The notes below the pieces were generated by a model, which saw only the letters and a program-made list of their open reading frames with translations, made no database searches and was not told the origin of the DNA. This document shows, one piece after another, positions 37,788-46,648 of a DNA stretch of 61,912 nucleotides. Source of the stretch: an uncultured Opitutales bacterium (GTDB lineage Bacteria; Verrucomicrobiota; Verrucomicrobiia; Opitutales; CAYWEO01); assembly GCA_964457855.1 (NCBI GenBank), contig CAYWEO010000006.1, forward strand, positions 1 to 61,912, read 5' to 3'. Numbering within the stretch: the first letter of the stretch is position 1; every line of letters begins with the position of its first letter. Position numbers and translations under genes: made by a program.

Positions 37788-37936
37788 AAACCGTGCGAGG
37801 ACGTAGCGATTTCGAGCGCTAAGGTTCCGTTACAGAAGAAACTGAACCCCATCACGCATTTTAATGCGCTCAGGGGATTCAGTTTCTTCCGTAGCCGTCC
37901 TTATCATCTCGAACTTGCTACGTCCTCGCACGGTTT
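37788..37936 (+). repeat. L element copy L7 (LA variant with compensatory stem changes)
   Basis: The outer stem AAACCGTGCGAGGACGTAGCGATTTCGAG pairs with CTCGAACTTGCTACGTCCTCGCACGGTTT. P2 is TAAGG/CCTTA and the apical stem is CGCAT/ATGCG. The loops CGC, TCAT, ATCA and CTCA are unchanged. Confidence 0.9.
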
Positions 37937-37937
37937 T

Positions 37938-38073
37938 CCACCCTAAAAACTCTTAAATGCGGAAGGCATTTTTGATTGGCACTATAGTGCCAATCAAAAA
38001 TGCCTTCCGATACCGCTTTTCTTTGGAGGGTTCGGGAACCTTTTCTGTTCTCGCGAACAGAAAGGTTCCCGAA
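37938..38073 (+). repeat. Partial tripartite mosaic (linker-H2-linker-H3)
   Basis: H2 at 37959-38010 has a 3-bp-longer inner stem, GATTGGCAC/GTGCCAATC. H3 lies at 38031-38073. Confidence 0.88.
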
Positions 38074-38089
38074 ATTCCCTCTCCCAAAA

Positions 38090-38522
38090 ATACTTTGAAG
38101 CAGTTATAAGCCGGATTCTGTATATCGTTTCTAACGCGATACTACGTCCATTTATCTAGCAAAAGTTGCCCTTTGCTCCCTTCCCTTTGGAGGGGTGCGG
38201 CGTACCCGAAATCGATGAGCGGGCCGCTCGATTCCCTATTTCGCCTTGCACCGGATTGGGTTTTCAATGCCTTTGCGATTACTCACAAAGCGGGGAGCTC
38301 TTACCTCTCCTTTTCACCTTTTCTTAACGTGTTGATTATCACTAACTAACGCGCAAAGTAGTTTATTTTCTGTTGCACTTTCCGTAACCTTGGGATATTG
38401 CCCAAAGTTCCCTCATTTTTCATGAGGAATCCTGCCCTGTGGTGTCCGGACTTTCCTCTATGTTTTAGATGTTCCTTGCGAAAAATCACCCAACACAGCG
38501 AACGCACACTGCTTCAAAGCAC
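38090..38522 (-). ncRNA. rnpB: RNase P RNA, bacterial type A
   Basis: The reverse strand carries GAGGAAAGUCCGGACACC, ACGGAAAGUGCAACAGAAAAUA, GGUAAGAGCUC, AGAUAAAUGG and ACAGAAUCCGGCUUAUAA. P1 is formed by CUUUGAAGCAG (38519-38509) pairing with CUGCUUCAAAG (38103-38093). The region is ORF-free. Confidence 0.9.
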
Positions 38523-38544
38523 TGAGTATTTCCCCTGAAAAGCC

Positions 38545-39921
38545 TCAGCTTTGCAAGGTTAAAGTGTTCTTTTTTGGAAAAATCCGTTCAATGATTGTTT
38601 CAGAATGCCCATCCTGGAAAAAAACGTCCAATGTTTGCCCCTCAAGGAGTTGGTGAACGGACGTAACGCGACTGCCCTCAACGTCTTGCGCAAGGCAGTA
38701 ACCGCGTTTTAACGTGTTTTCGAAGTGGAGATGTTGAAAAACTTCCTTTTTTGACGCATACACAGAGCGTTTTTCCTCTTTTCCTTGCTCAATATTTTTT
38801 GTAAGAACGCTTTTTAGTGAGGTCAGGTTTTTGAAATGATCTGCAATCGCACGTTGCAAGGGAGCGACTTGAAAGCGGTTACGATGGGATTCCAACTGGA
38901 GCGCCTTCTTTTGATGGAACGCATCCCACTGACGTTGCAATTGACCCTGCAGATCATCGAGTTTGAGAGAAAAATATTCGATTTTCGCGACAGGACTGTT
39001 TTTAAGGAGTTGCTCACGAAGAATTTCCGCACCATGCTTCTTTTTTTGCAAATACTGGGTCATTTTTTCATCCAAACGATGCTCCAACGTTTGCAATTGC
39101 TGCAGGGCGTCGATGTAGTGACTAGAGATCCATTCCGCTGCAGCAGAAGGTGTCTCTGCCCTCAGATCGGCCGCAAAATCGCACAGCACGAAATCAATTT
39201 GATGCCCAATCGCCGAAATCGTTGGTAGAGTGCAGTTTGCGATCCTGCGCACAAGGGCCTCTTCGTTAAAACACCACAGATCTTCCAAACTCCCGCCGCC
39301 CCGCATGATTACGAGAAGATCGCAACCTCCAAACCGTTCCGCCTGGTTGATTTTCTCGATAATGTCCAAATGTGCCGAACTTCCCTGGACTTGGCAGGGA
39401 AAAAGCACGATCTCGCCCTTCCATTCGCGTCTCCTTAAAATCTCGATAAAATCTCTGATCGCGGCCCCAGTTGGCGACGTGACAACCGCGATTCGCTTCG
39501 GTAATGGGGGGATTGGTTTCTTCCTGTCGGCATCAAAAAGCCCTTCTCCCTGCAGCTTCTCCTTCAGCTTTTCGAATGTCTGCTGTAAGGCCCCTTTGCC
39601 GTCCTCAAGTACGTGCCTCCCAATGATTTGGAATTGCCCACGCGGTTCGTAAACACTGCTCTCTCCGTACAGCAAAATCTGATTGCCATCTTTTAGTACG
39701 TATTTTCCCGCAACGCCCTTGAAAAGCACGACCGACACCTGACTCCGCTCGTCTTTGATCGAAAAATACGCGTGACCACTCGACTGCTGTCTCAGATTCG
39801 AAATCTCCCCACGAATCCAACAACTCGGCACTTCTGCCTTCAAAAACGCATTAATGCGCTCAACAAACACCGAAACAGACAAAATTTCGCCATCTTTCGG
39901 GAAAAGTTCACTGGGTGACAT
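38545..39921 (-). CDS. xseA: Exodeoxyribonuclease VII large subunit
   Basis: Has an N-terminal OB fold (WIRGEISNLRQQSSGHAYFSIKD), a catalytic core (VVTSPTGAAIRD, RGGGSLEDL) and a long helical C-terminus. Confidence 0.9.
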   Translation of the reverse strand: MSPSELFPKDGEILSVSVFVERINAFLKAEVPSCWIRGEISNLRQQSSGHAYFSIKDERSQVSVVLFKGVAGKYVLKDGNQILLYGESSVYEPRGQFQIIGRHVLEDGKGALQQTFEKLKEKLQGEGLFDADRKKPIPPLPKRIAVVTSPTGAAIRDFIEILRRREWKGEIVLFPCQVQGSSAHLDIIEKINQAERFGGCDLLVIMRGGGSLEDLWCFNEEALVRRIANCTLPTISAIGHQIDFVLCDFAADLRAETPSAAAEWISSHYIDALQQLQTLEHRLDEKMTQYLQKKKHGAEILREQLLKNSPVAKIEYFSLKLDDLQGQLQRQWDAFHQKKALQLESHRNRFQVAPLQRAIADHFKNLTSLKSVLTKNIEQGKEEKRSVYASKKEVFQHLHFENTLKRGYCLAQDVEGSRVTSVHQLLEGQTLDVFFQDGHSETIIERIFPKKNTLTLQS

Positions 39922-39941
39922 GGTCCTACTTTAGTAAAAAT

Positions 39942-40057
39942 TGCGGAAACCATTTCTTTTCAGAAGAAAAGAAACGTGTTTCCGCGCCTTCCAAAGAAAA
40001 GTCGTATCAAAAGGCATCTTCATTTGGCCTTACAGGCCAAATGAAGATGCCTTTTGA
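39942..40057 (-). repeat. Partial tripartite mosaic (H3-linker-H2 on the + strand)
   Basis: H3 lies at 39942-39986. H2 at 40007-40057 has a divergent but self-complementary stem, AAAAGGCATCTTCATTTGGCC/GGCCAAATGAAGATGCCTTTT. Confidence 0.85.
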
Positions 40058-40140
40058 ATTAAAAGTTGTTAATGGGGAACGGCCCTGGAAATCACCTTTC
40101 GCCTTTAAACCGGCCTTGCTGATAAAAATGGCGTTGAGTG

Positions 40141-40258
40141 CGTCGATTTCGAGATGATAGGGACGGCTACAAAAAAATTTAATTCCTGAGCGTACTGTAG
40201 TACGTGATGGGATTAAATTTCTTTGTAACGGAACCCTAGCGCTCGAAATCGCTACGCA
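40141..40258 (-). repeat. L element copy L8 (subfamily LA, opposite orientation)
   Basis: Sequence by helix: GAG-ATGA-TAGGG-ACGG-CTACA...CC-TGAG-CGTAC-TGTA-GTACG-TGAT-GG...GTAAC-GGAA-CCCTA-GCG-CTC. The apex is nearly identical to the reverse complement of L6. Confidence 0.9.
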
Positions 40259-40501
40259 TCCTACGCCGATTTTACAAATGTTTCAAAAGTCTCTTACTAT
40301 GCCTATTCGCCTTCCTTTTTTTATTCAGCTTGTGCTTGTTCATCTTGAGCCTGCGCGTCTTTTTTAGGTTTCCCATAAATGTTATAAATATGTTATTTGT
40401 TTATATTTAACACTCTGATTTTCCGTTGGAAAGTAAAGCTTTTTTTAACAAGAAATAAAGTTCTTGAAGAATGCGTCAGAAGTTGCAGTGTTATTGGTGG
40501 T

Positions 40502-41581
40502 ATGAATGCATCTTTGGAGAGCGCTGGCTGTAGTCCCGCGTTGCCTGCGCGTAAGTCGTTGGTGTCGGTGAAGTTGCAGAGGCCGCTGATGGCTTTTGCG
40601 CCGATGAAAGGGTTTTCGAGCTTGTTTTTTCTAGAGATTTTGAATGAATACGGCCTGCCAGATGCGTTTTTCACGGAATTTTCTCGTGTGCATGCGACAT
40701 CGCGGCCGGAACAGTCTCTGCTGCAACTCGTTGAGCAAAAGGCGATTTCGTGTCCTGTCGTTGTTCAACTGATGGGGAACGATCCCGCGGCGCTTGCGAA
40801 TGCGGTTCGTCAATGGTCTCCGTACGGCATTGCAGGGATTGACTTTAATGTCGGTTGTCCCGTTCGCAGGATCTACAAAAAGGCCGTTGGCGGTGGGCTT
40901 TTGAAGGACCTTGCGCAACTGGGGGAAATTTTGGCGACCTTGCGTGAGGCGTTTACCGGCCACCTGAGCGTCAAGTTGCGCCCGGGGTTTGACGACACTC
41001 GGGGGTTCGGTGATTTGCTGGACGTTATTAGTCAAAACTCGATCGATCTCGTTAGTTTACATGCCAGGACCGTGAAAGAAGGTTACGGTAAAAACATTTC
41101 CTATGACGTTGTGAAGCAAGCCGTTAAGAGACTTCACTGCCCCGTTCTTGCCAATGGAGACATCACGTCAGTTACAAAGGCCCAACAGGTGATTGCAATG
41201 ACATCGTGTGCAGGCGTAATGATTGGGCGTTCTGCGATCAGAAATCCCTGGATTTTCGCGCAATTACGGGCCATTTTTGAGAATAAAGAGCCCTATTTGC
41301 CAACATTTAAGGACGTTCGTGGCTACATCCATCGATTGCACGAAAAAATGGGTTCCGCTTACCAAGATCCCGTCAGGCAACTCAATGCCCTGAAAAGCTT
41401 TGCGAACTTTATCGGCCAGGGAATCGATCCCAAAGGGCAGTTTTTGCAAGACATGCGCAGAACACAGTCATTGCGCGAATTTTCGGCCGTCTGTGACCGC
41501 TTCCTGTCCAACTCCCCCGCAACCCCCTTCCCCCCAGAACCCTACCCAAACGTACTCGCCCTACCCAACAAGGAATGTTGA
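40502..41581 (+). CDS. tRNA-dihydrouridine synthase
   Basis: Carries the Dus motifs LMAFAPMKGFS, GIDFNVGCP and SLHART. The start was trimmed to the ATG at 40502. Confidence 0.85.
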   Translation: MNASLESAGCSPALPARKSLVSVKLQRPLMAFAPMKGFSSLFFLEILNEYGLPDAFFTEFSRVHATSRPEQSLLQLVEQKAISCPVVVQLMGNDPAALANAVRQWSPYGIAGIDFNVGCPVRRIYKKAVGGGLLKDLAQLGEILATLREAFTGHLSVKLRPGFDDTRGFGDLLDVISQNSIDLVSLHARTVKEGYGKNISYDVVKQAVKRLHCPVLANGDITSVTKAQQVIAMTSCAGVMIGRSAIRNPWIFAQLRAIFENKEPYLPTFKDVRGYIHRLHEKMGSAYQDPVRQLNALKSFANFIGQGIDPKGQFLQDMRRTQSLREFSAVCDRFLSNSPATPFPPEPYPNVLALPNKEC

Positions 41582-41605
41582 ATCATGAAATTTTTATATA
41601 AGCTA

Positions 41606-41773
41606 CCGGAGGGGGTATTTTTTGCAAAAACAACCCCCTCCGGACCTCCCCCGAAAAAACTCTCATTCGGAAGGCATTTTTTTGCCATGCTGGCGAAAAA
41701 ATGCCTTCCGATACCGCTTTTCTTTGGAGGGTTCGGGAACCTTTTGTTTTCATGGAAAACAAAGGTTCCCGAA
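41606..41773 (+). repeat. Complete tripartite mosaic (H1-H2-H3)
   Basis: H1 lies at 41606-41643, H2 at 41667-41711 and H3 at 41732-41773. The H2 loop contains the in-frame ATG at 41687. Confidence 0.9.
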
Positions 41774-43459
41774 TTATTTCTTCTCCTCCTGCCCTACCTT
41801 CTTCTAATTGCGTGGGTGGTTGTTGGTCTTACGGGGCATCATCCGTGGAAGCCGGACGAGGCATATACATTGGGGCTCGTGAATCACATCGCGAAGACGG
41901 GGGACTGGGTGGTGCCAACGCTTGCAGGGGAACCGTTTATGGAAAAACCTCCGTTGTTTTTTATGACTGCAGCGTTTTTCGCAAAAACGTTCTCGAAATG
42001 GTGTTTTTTTCATGATGCTGCGCGCTTGGCTGCTGGATTTTTTTCAAGTATTCTACTCATTGCGGTCGGATTGACAGCGAAGAAAATTTTTGGGAAGGGG
42101 AGGGCGCTTTTTGCCGCTCTGCTCTTGGCGGGGTGTCCGGCGGCCCTCGTCCACTGTCATCAGCTAATTACCGATGTTGCTCTGATTGCGGGAATTGCGA
42201 TCGCTCTCTACGGAGGGTGTTGTATCGCCGAGAAAGGGATGCGCGGGCCTTTTTTCTTGGGTTCTGGAGTCGGTATCGCCTTCTTATCCAAGGGGTTGCT
42301 GGCTCCAGGACTCCTGGGAATTACTTGCATAGCGCTCTTTCTGTTGCGTCCATACCGCTCAAAGCAATACGCAAAAAACCTGCTGTTTGCCGTTGTTTTT
42401 GCGCTCCCATGGCTGCTGATTTGGCCTTACGCGTTATATCAACGATCTCCGCAGCTCTTCCATGAATGGTTTTGGGTGCAGAACATTGGGCGTTACTTCG
42501 GTTTGATGACGGCGGTGTCTGCGATTAAAGACCCGTTTTTCTACAATTTGATCGGCTTGTGGCCCTTCTTCCCGGCGGTGGTCTGCGCGGCGGTGGTTTT
42601 TTGTAAACGGCATAAAAATATCCTGCAAAACGTTCCCATGCAATGGGTTCTAGGCTATTTTGTCGTCTGCCTAACGGTGTTGAGTCTGTCGAGACATGGA
42701 CGGCAATTGTATGCACTTCCCCTCGGGCTACCGCTTGCGATTTTGGGGAGTGAAGCGGCGTTTTGTTGTTTCGAACGTTTGAAAAAGTGGAGCGGTTTAT
42801 TTAAGTGTTTGATGATCAGCATCTTCGGAATCGTTGCGTTCGGAACCTGGCTGACTTGGATCGGCTGTCTCTTGGAGTGGCCTATCGCGTTTTTATTGGG
42901 ATTCCAGGAAACATTTGCGCCCGGTTATGTGTTCGAATTCGAGGGGTTGTTTGTGGGAACGGCGTTGTTTGTGACGATTTTATGGCTCATCATTAACCTA
43001 TTTTCCCGTCCCAACATTATCACAGCCTGGACGAGTGGCGTAACGTTGACGTGGTCCCTCGTCATGACACTTTGGCTGCCCTTCATCGACTACGGGAAGG
43101 GGTACAGCAGAGTGATGCCGGAAATGGCGACACATTTCCCGAAAAACACCCTCGTTATGAGCTACCGTTTGGGCGAACCGCAAAGGGCGCTTTTTGATTA
43201 TTATTGTCCGGGAAAATTGGCGCATCGCATCGAAAATCCGGCATTTTGGCAGCAATTACGGCCCGAATGGGGAAGTTTTTCGGGAAATGACCCCTTAAAA
43301 CGCTTTTTTCAGCTAAAAATGCCTCCGCACACGTGTTTGCTGATTCAAGGAGTTTGGCGGCATCCACCGGATTTCATGCCGGCTTTGTGGCGACTCATTT
43401 GGGAAGGAGCGAGACCGGCGGATGATGGCGAGCACTTTTGGCTGTTTGAGAAGATGTAG
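41687..43459 (+). CDS. GT39/GT83-type (ArnT/PMT-like) membrane glycosyltransferase
   Basis: Carries the DE motif and loop HHPWKPDEAYTLGLVNHIAKTGDWVVPTLAGEPFMEKPPLFF, followed by many TM segments. The start is uncertain: the in-frame ATGs at 41585 and 41687 both lie in or before the repeat, and the first start codon after the repeat (GTG at 41816) would truncate TM1. Confidence 0.75.
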   Translation: MLAKKCLPIPLFFGGFGNLLFSWKTKVPELFLLLLPYLLLIAWVVVGLTGHHPWKPDEAYTLGLVNHIAKTGDWVVPTLAGEPFMEKPPLFFMTAAFFAKTFSKWCFFHDAARLAAGFFSSILLIAVGLTAKKIFGKGRALFAALLLAGCPAALVHCHQLITDVALIAGIAIALYGGCCIAEKGMRGPFFLGSGVGIAFLSKGLLAPGLLGITCIALFLLRPYRSKQYAKNLLFAVVFALPWLLIWPYALYQRSPQLFHEWFWVQNIGRYFGLMTAVSAIKDPFFYNLIGLWPFFPAVVCAAVVFCKRHKNILQNVPMQWVLGYFVVCLTVLSLSRHGRQLYALPLGLPLAILGSEAAFCCFERLKKWSGLFKCLMISIFGIVAFGTWLTWIGCLLEWPIAFLLGFQETFAPGYVFEFEGLFVGTALFVTILWLIINLFSRPNIITAWTSGVTLTWSLVMTLWLPFIDYGKGYSRVMPEMATHFPKNTLVMSYRLGEPQRALFDYYCPGKLAHRIENPAFWQQLRPEWGSFSGNDPLKRFFQLKMPPHTCLLIQGVWRHPPDFMPALWRLIWEGARPADDGEHFWLFEKM

Positions 43460-43535
43460 GCCATTTTCAGAGAGTTGTGTGATTTTTTAGCTTTCTTGGC
43501 TTGATTAACGTCTTGGAAGGTCATAAACTGAAACT

Positions 43536-45086
43536 ATGAGCGTATCGAATGTAAGCAAGGCGAGTGGGGGTTTTGATGTTCAAAGAACAGAGGTAGAGAA
43601 GACTCAAAATCAAGAGCAGAAGAAAGTCTTTAACGAACGCAAGAATGACAGCGAAAACGCACCAATTGCTCAGGAAGCGCAGGCGAAAGAAAATACGCCT
43701 TTGCATGATCGTAAGGTGCTTACTGTGAAAAATATGATGGATTTTGTTAGCTTTGGTGCCACAAAAGCATTTAGGCACAAGAATCGCAAAAATTTCCCCG
43801 AATTCTTCAAAGCACTCAAGGGCTCCCGAGAGGAGCTGCAAGGGAAGATAGGTGCAGCCAAAAAGGATCTCGAGGGTGCCCGGAAGGAGCTGAAAGAGAA
43901 AACAGATGAAGCCAAAAAGCATCCTCTGCTTAGCAAGATGGCCAAAAGCAAGCTGGAAGCGGAAATATACACAGCTGAGAAGAATCTTGAACTCAAAGCT
44001 AACGTCAAAAATAGTCTCGAAAAGGATCTCAAGCAGCTTTCCGATTTATGGAACAAAACCGATTTCGATTTGGGCAAGGATTCTAAAAGCGCCCTTAATG
44101 TGGAGTGCTTTAGAAAAAAAATCTTTGAGGATTTTGGGCAACGAGACAAGTTTTTAACCAACAAGCAAATGGAAGAGAACTTTGGCGAGGGTAATCTAGC
44201 AGCAAATTTCGCCACCCCGGAACGTACGTTAAAGATCCCCAAATTTTTGAATTCCCTCAGCTCCATACAAGGGACTGTGGAAGATATCCAAAAAAAGAAT
44301 TTGAAAGGGGCAAATGTCGATGAATTAATAGAATGTAAGAAGCACGTAACATCGTATCAAAAAGAAGTTGGCGACATTCAAAACAAATATGAAGCGGTTA
44401 AACAAGATGCCAAAGATATAGCCGATAACTTTGAAAAAGGTGCGTACAACGTTGCTGATGCCATTGAATTACAGAAGAACGATAGCGGGAAATGGGAGTT
44501 GAAGTTTACGAAACCCCAGACCGATCAGAAGGGTGTATTGAAGAATGTGAATAAGGCGATCGAATGGAGCGAAAACCATCAAAATCAGGTAGAGTGCAAA
44601 GGTAAGTCCGTTGCTAACGTTTCACAGCAAATAGAAGTGACCAAAAATGCACTCGATAGTTTAGCAGGAGAACTGACAAATTTGATTGAGAAAAATCCGC
44701 CAAAGCCGAAACCGCCATCGCTACCGCCATCGCCACCCAAAGACTATCTGCCAAAAACTCCTCTGACCCTCGATTTGATGCGCAGCGGTGTTAAGGATGT
44801 GATAGATGACATCGCTAAAAAGCTCCCAAAAGGGAGTGATGAGGGGATAGATCAGTTTTTAAAAGAGAATAGTTTGGAAAATTTAGAGAAGCTAAGTGAT
44901 CACTTGGATCAGTTGAGAAAAAACGTGGACAAGGTAAAGACAGGATTCACAGAAACAACAAAAACAAAAGATGTTGAACGCGAAATAAAAAGGGCGGAGA
45001 GCAAAATAGACGGGCTAAAAACTACAATAAACGCGCTAAAAGAAATGAAGAAAGATAGGATGCAGCAAACGACAAAATCTCAATAA
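43536..45086 (+). CDS. Lys/Glu-rich coiled-coil protein with a proline-rich segment (orphan)
   Basis: The ORF encodes 516 aa with long heptad-like K/E/L stretches and the segment PPKPKPPSLPPSPPKDYLPKTP. It has no signal peptide and no recognisable family. Confidence 0.55.
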   Translation: MSVSNVSKASGGFDVQRTEVEKTQNQEQKKVFNERKNDSENAPIAQEAQAKENTPLHDRKVLTVKNMMDFVSFGATKAFRHKNRKNFPEFFKALKGSREELQGKIGAAKKDLEGARKELKEKTDEAKKHPLLSKMAKSKLEAEIYTAEKNLELKANVKNSLEKDLKQLSDLWNKTDFDLGKDSKSALNVECFRKKIFEDFGQRDKFLTNKQMEENFGEGNLAANFATPERTLKIPKFLNSLSSIQGTVEDIQKKNLKGANVDELIECKKHVTSYQKEVGDIQNKYEAVKQDAKDIADNFEKGAYNVADAIELQKNDSGKWELKFTKPQTDQKGVLKNVNKAIEWSENHQNQVECKGKSVANVSQQIEVTKNALDSLAGELTNLIEKNPPKPKPPSLPPSPPKDYLPKTPLTLDLMRSGVKDVIDDIAKKLPKGSDEGIDQFLKENSLENLEKLSDHLDQLRKNVDKVKTGFTETTKTKDVEREIKRAESKIDGLKTTINALKEMKKDRMQQTTKSQ

Positions 45087-45111
45087 ATGGAACCTATGCA
45101 AAAGAACCTAT

Positions 45112-45729
45112 TTAAGGAACGTAAACAATCGTTTTAGTTTCCAAAAAGGGAGCGTTCAGTAGCTTATCTAAATGGAAAGTTTGTTTGTCCGTAGGCCGCA
45201 AAGGCTTCCTTTCTTCAACATCGGTACTGCTTCCCGTATAATAAAAAATGCCGTTTGCGAGGGCGTGACGATGGGTTCGCGAGAGCATCCCTCGCGTCCA
45301 CTGGAGGAACGTGGGTAAAGGGGCCACTGCGCGTCCGAGGATAAAATCGAAGTTCTCGTGGAGGTCCTCAACTCGGATTTGCAGCGTACGGATGTTCTTC
45401 AGTCCCAGTTCGTGAGCCATATCCTCAACGGCGCGTATTTTTTTGCCAACGGAATCGATTAAGTAGAACATCGCCTCGGGAAACGCGATTGCCAACGGGA
45501 TGCCCGGGAGGCCTCCACCAGTACCGACGTCCAGAATCTTTGCATTGGGTTGGAATCGAATGATTTTCGTCAACGCCAAACTCGCGACAATATGGCGGGT
45601 TTCAACCTGTTCGATGTCATTGCGAGAGACCAAGTTAAGCTTAGAATTCCAGTCACGCAACAGGGTCGCATAAGTGCGCAATAAGACCACTTGGGGTTCA
45701 GACAATTCTGGGAAAAATGTTTGGATCAT
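45112..45729 (-). CDS. rsmG: 16S rRNA (guanine527-N7)-methyltransferase
   Basis: Carries the SAM motif ILDVGTGGGLPGIPLAI and has GidB-like length. Confidence 0.9.
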   Translation of the reverse strand: MIQTFFPELSEPQVVLLRTYATLLRDWNSKLNLVSRNDIEQVETRHIVASLALTKIIRFQPNAKILDVGTGGGLPGIPLAIAFPEAMFYLIDSVGKKIRAVEDMAHELGLKNIRTLQIRVEDLHENFDFILGRAVAPLPTFLQWTRGMLSRTHRHALANGIFYYTGSSTDVEERKPLRPTDKQTFHLDKLLNAPFLETKTIVYVP

Positions 45730-45874
45730 ACAGTCGTTTTTTAAGAGAAGATTATTTGGATTTTAATTCCTTTATTTTTTTAATCATTTAGTATCAGATT
45801 TTGATTGATTATACCAGTAGGGATTATAGGAAATTACTATGCAATGTTTTAAAAGGAAATTTACTTAGCGCGCT

Positions 45875-46645
45875 ATGGAAGAGAAGGCCCCTCTGATCCA
45901 AGTGGAGAATCTGCAAAAAAGTTACGACGACGTTCCTGTTTTGAGAGGAATTAATGTCTGTATCGAGCGGGGCGATCTCGTGTCCGTCATCGGGCCATCG
46001 GGGTGCGGCAAATCCACCTTTTTGCGGTGTTTGAATTGCCTGGAAGTGCTTGACTGCGGCAGCATTACGATCGATGGCATCCATCTCAGTCGTAAAAATG
46101 CGGACATCGATGTGGATAAGCATTTTCAGGAAAAAGCCCATCGGCTTCGGCAGCACGTGGGTATGGTTTTTCAATCCTTTAACTTGTTCCCACACAAGAC
46201 CTTACTGCAGAATGTGATGATGGCGCCCATGGTGGTCAAAAAAATGAGCCGTCAAGATGGGGAAGATTGGGCAATGAAGTTCATTCAAAAGGTTGGTCTG
46301 CAAAGCTTTAGCCATCGCTATCCCTACAGTTTGTCGGGCGGACAAAAACAACGTGCCGCAATCGCTCGGGCTCTCGCCATGAACCCGAAAGTCATGCTCT
46401 ACGATGAACCCACATCATCTATTGACCCCGAACGCGTCGACGAGGTTCTCCAAGTCATGCGCGACCTCGACGCAGAGGGCATGACACAAATTATCGTGAC
46501 CCACGAAATGCGTTTCGCAAAAGATGCCTCAGACTATATCATTTACATGGAGCATGGCGAATTCATTGAGATTTCCGACGAAGATGAAATTTTTATCTCT
46601 CCGAAAGATGAGAGAACGCGTCGATTTTTAAAACATTTTATGTAA
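45875..46645 (+). CDS. Polar amino acid ABC transporter ATP-binding protein
   Basis: Carries Walker A GPSGCGKST, the signature LSGGQKQR and Walker B MLYDEPTS, in a GlnQ/ArtP-like layout. Confidence 0.9.
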   Translation: MEEKAPLIQVENLQKSYDDVPVLRGINVCIERGDLVSVIGPSGCGKSTFLRCLNCLEVLDCGSITIDGIHLSRKNADIDVDKHFQEKAHRLRQHVGMVFQSFNLFPHKTLLQNVMMAPMVVKKMSRQDGEDWAMKFIQKVGLQSFSHRYPYSLSGGQKQRAAIARALAMNPKVMLYDEPTSSIDPERVDEVLQVMRDLDAEGMTQIIVTHEMRFAKDASDYIIYMEHGEFIEISDEDEIFISPKDERTRRFLKHFM

Positions 46646-46648
46646 TCG

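Noticed and set aside
40141-40258. A hammerhead or other small self-cleaving ribozyme in the L element, suggested by the GAUGA, CUGA and UGAUG strings.
   Set aside because: There is no CUGAnGA...GAAA core in a three-way junction. The element folds as one long hairpin, and I could not match the twister, pistol or hatchet consensus either. The motif is reported only as a tandem G-A loop.
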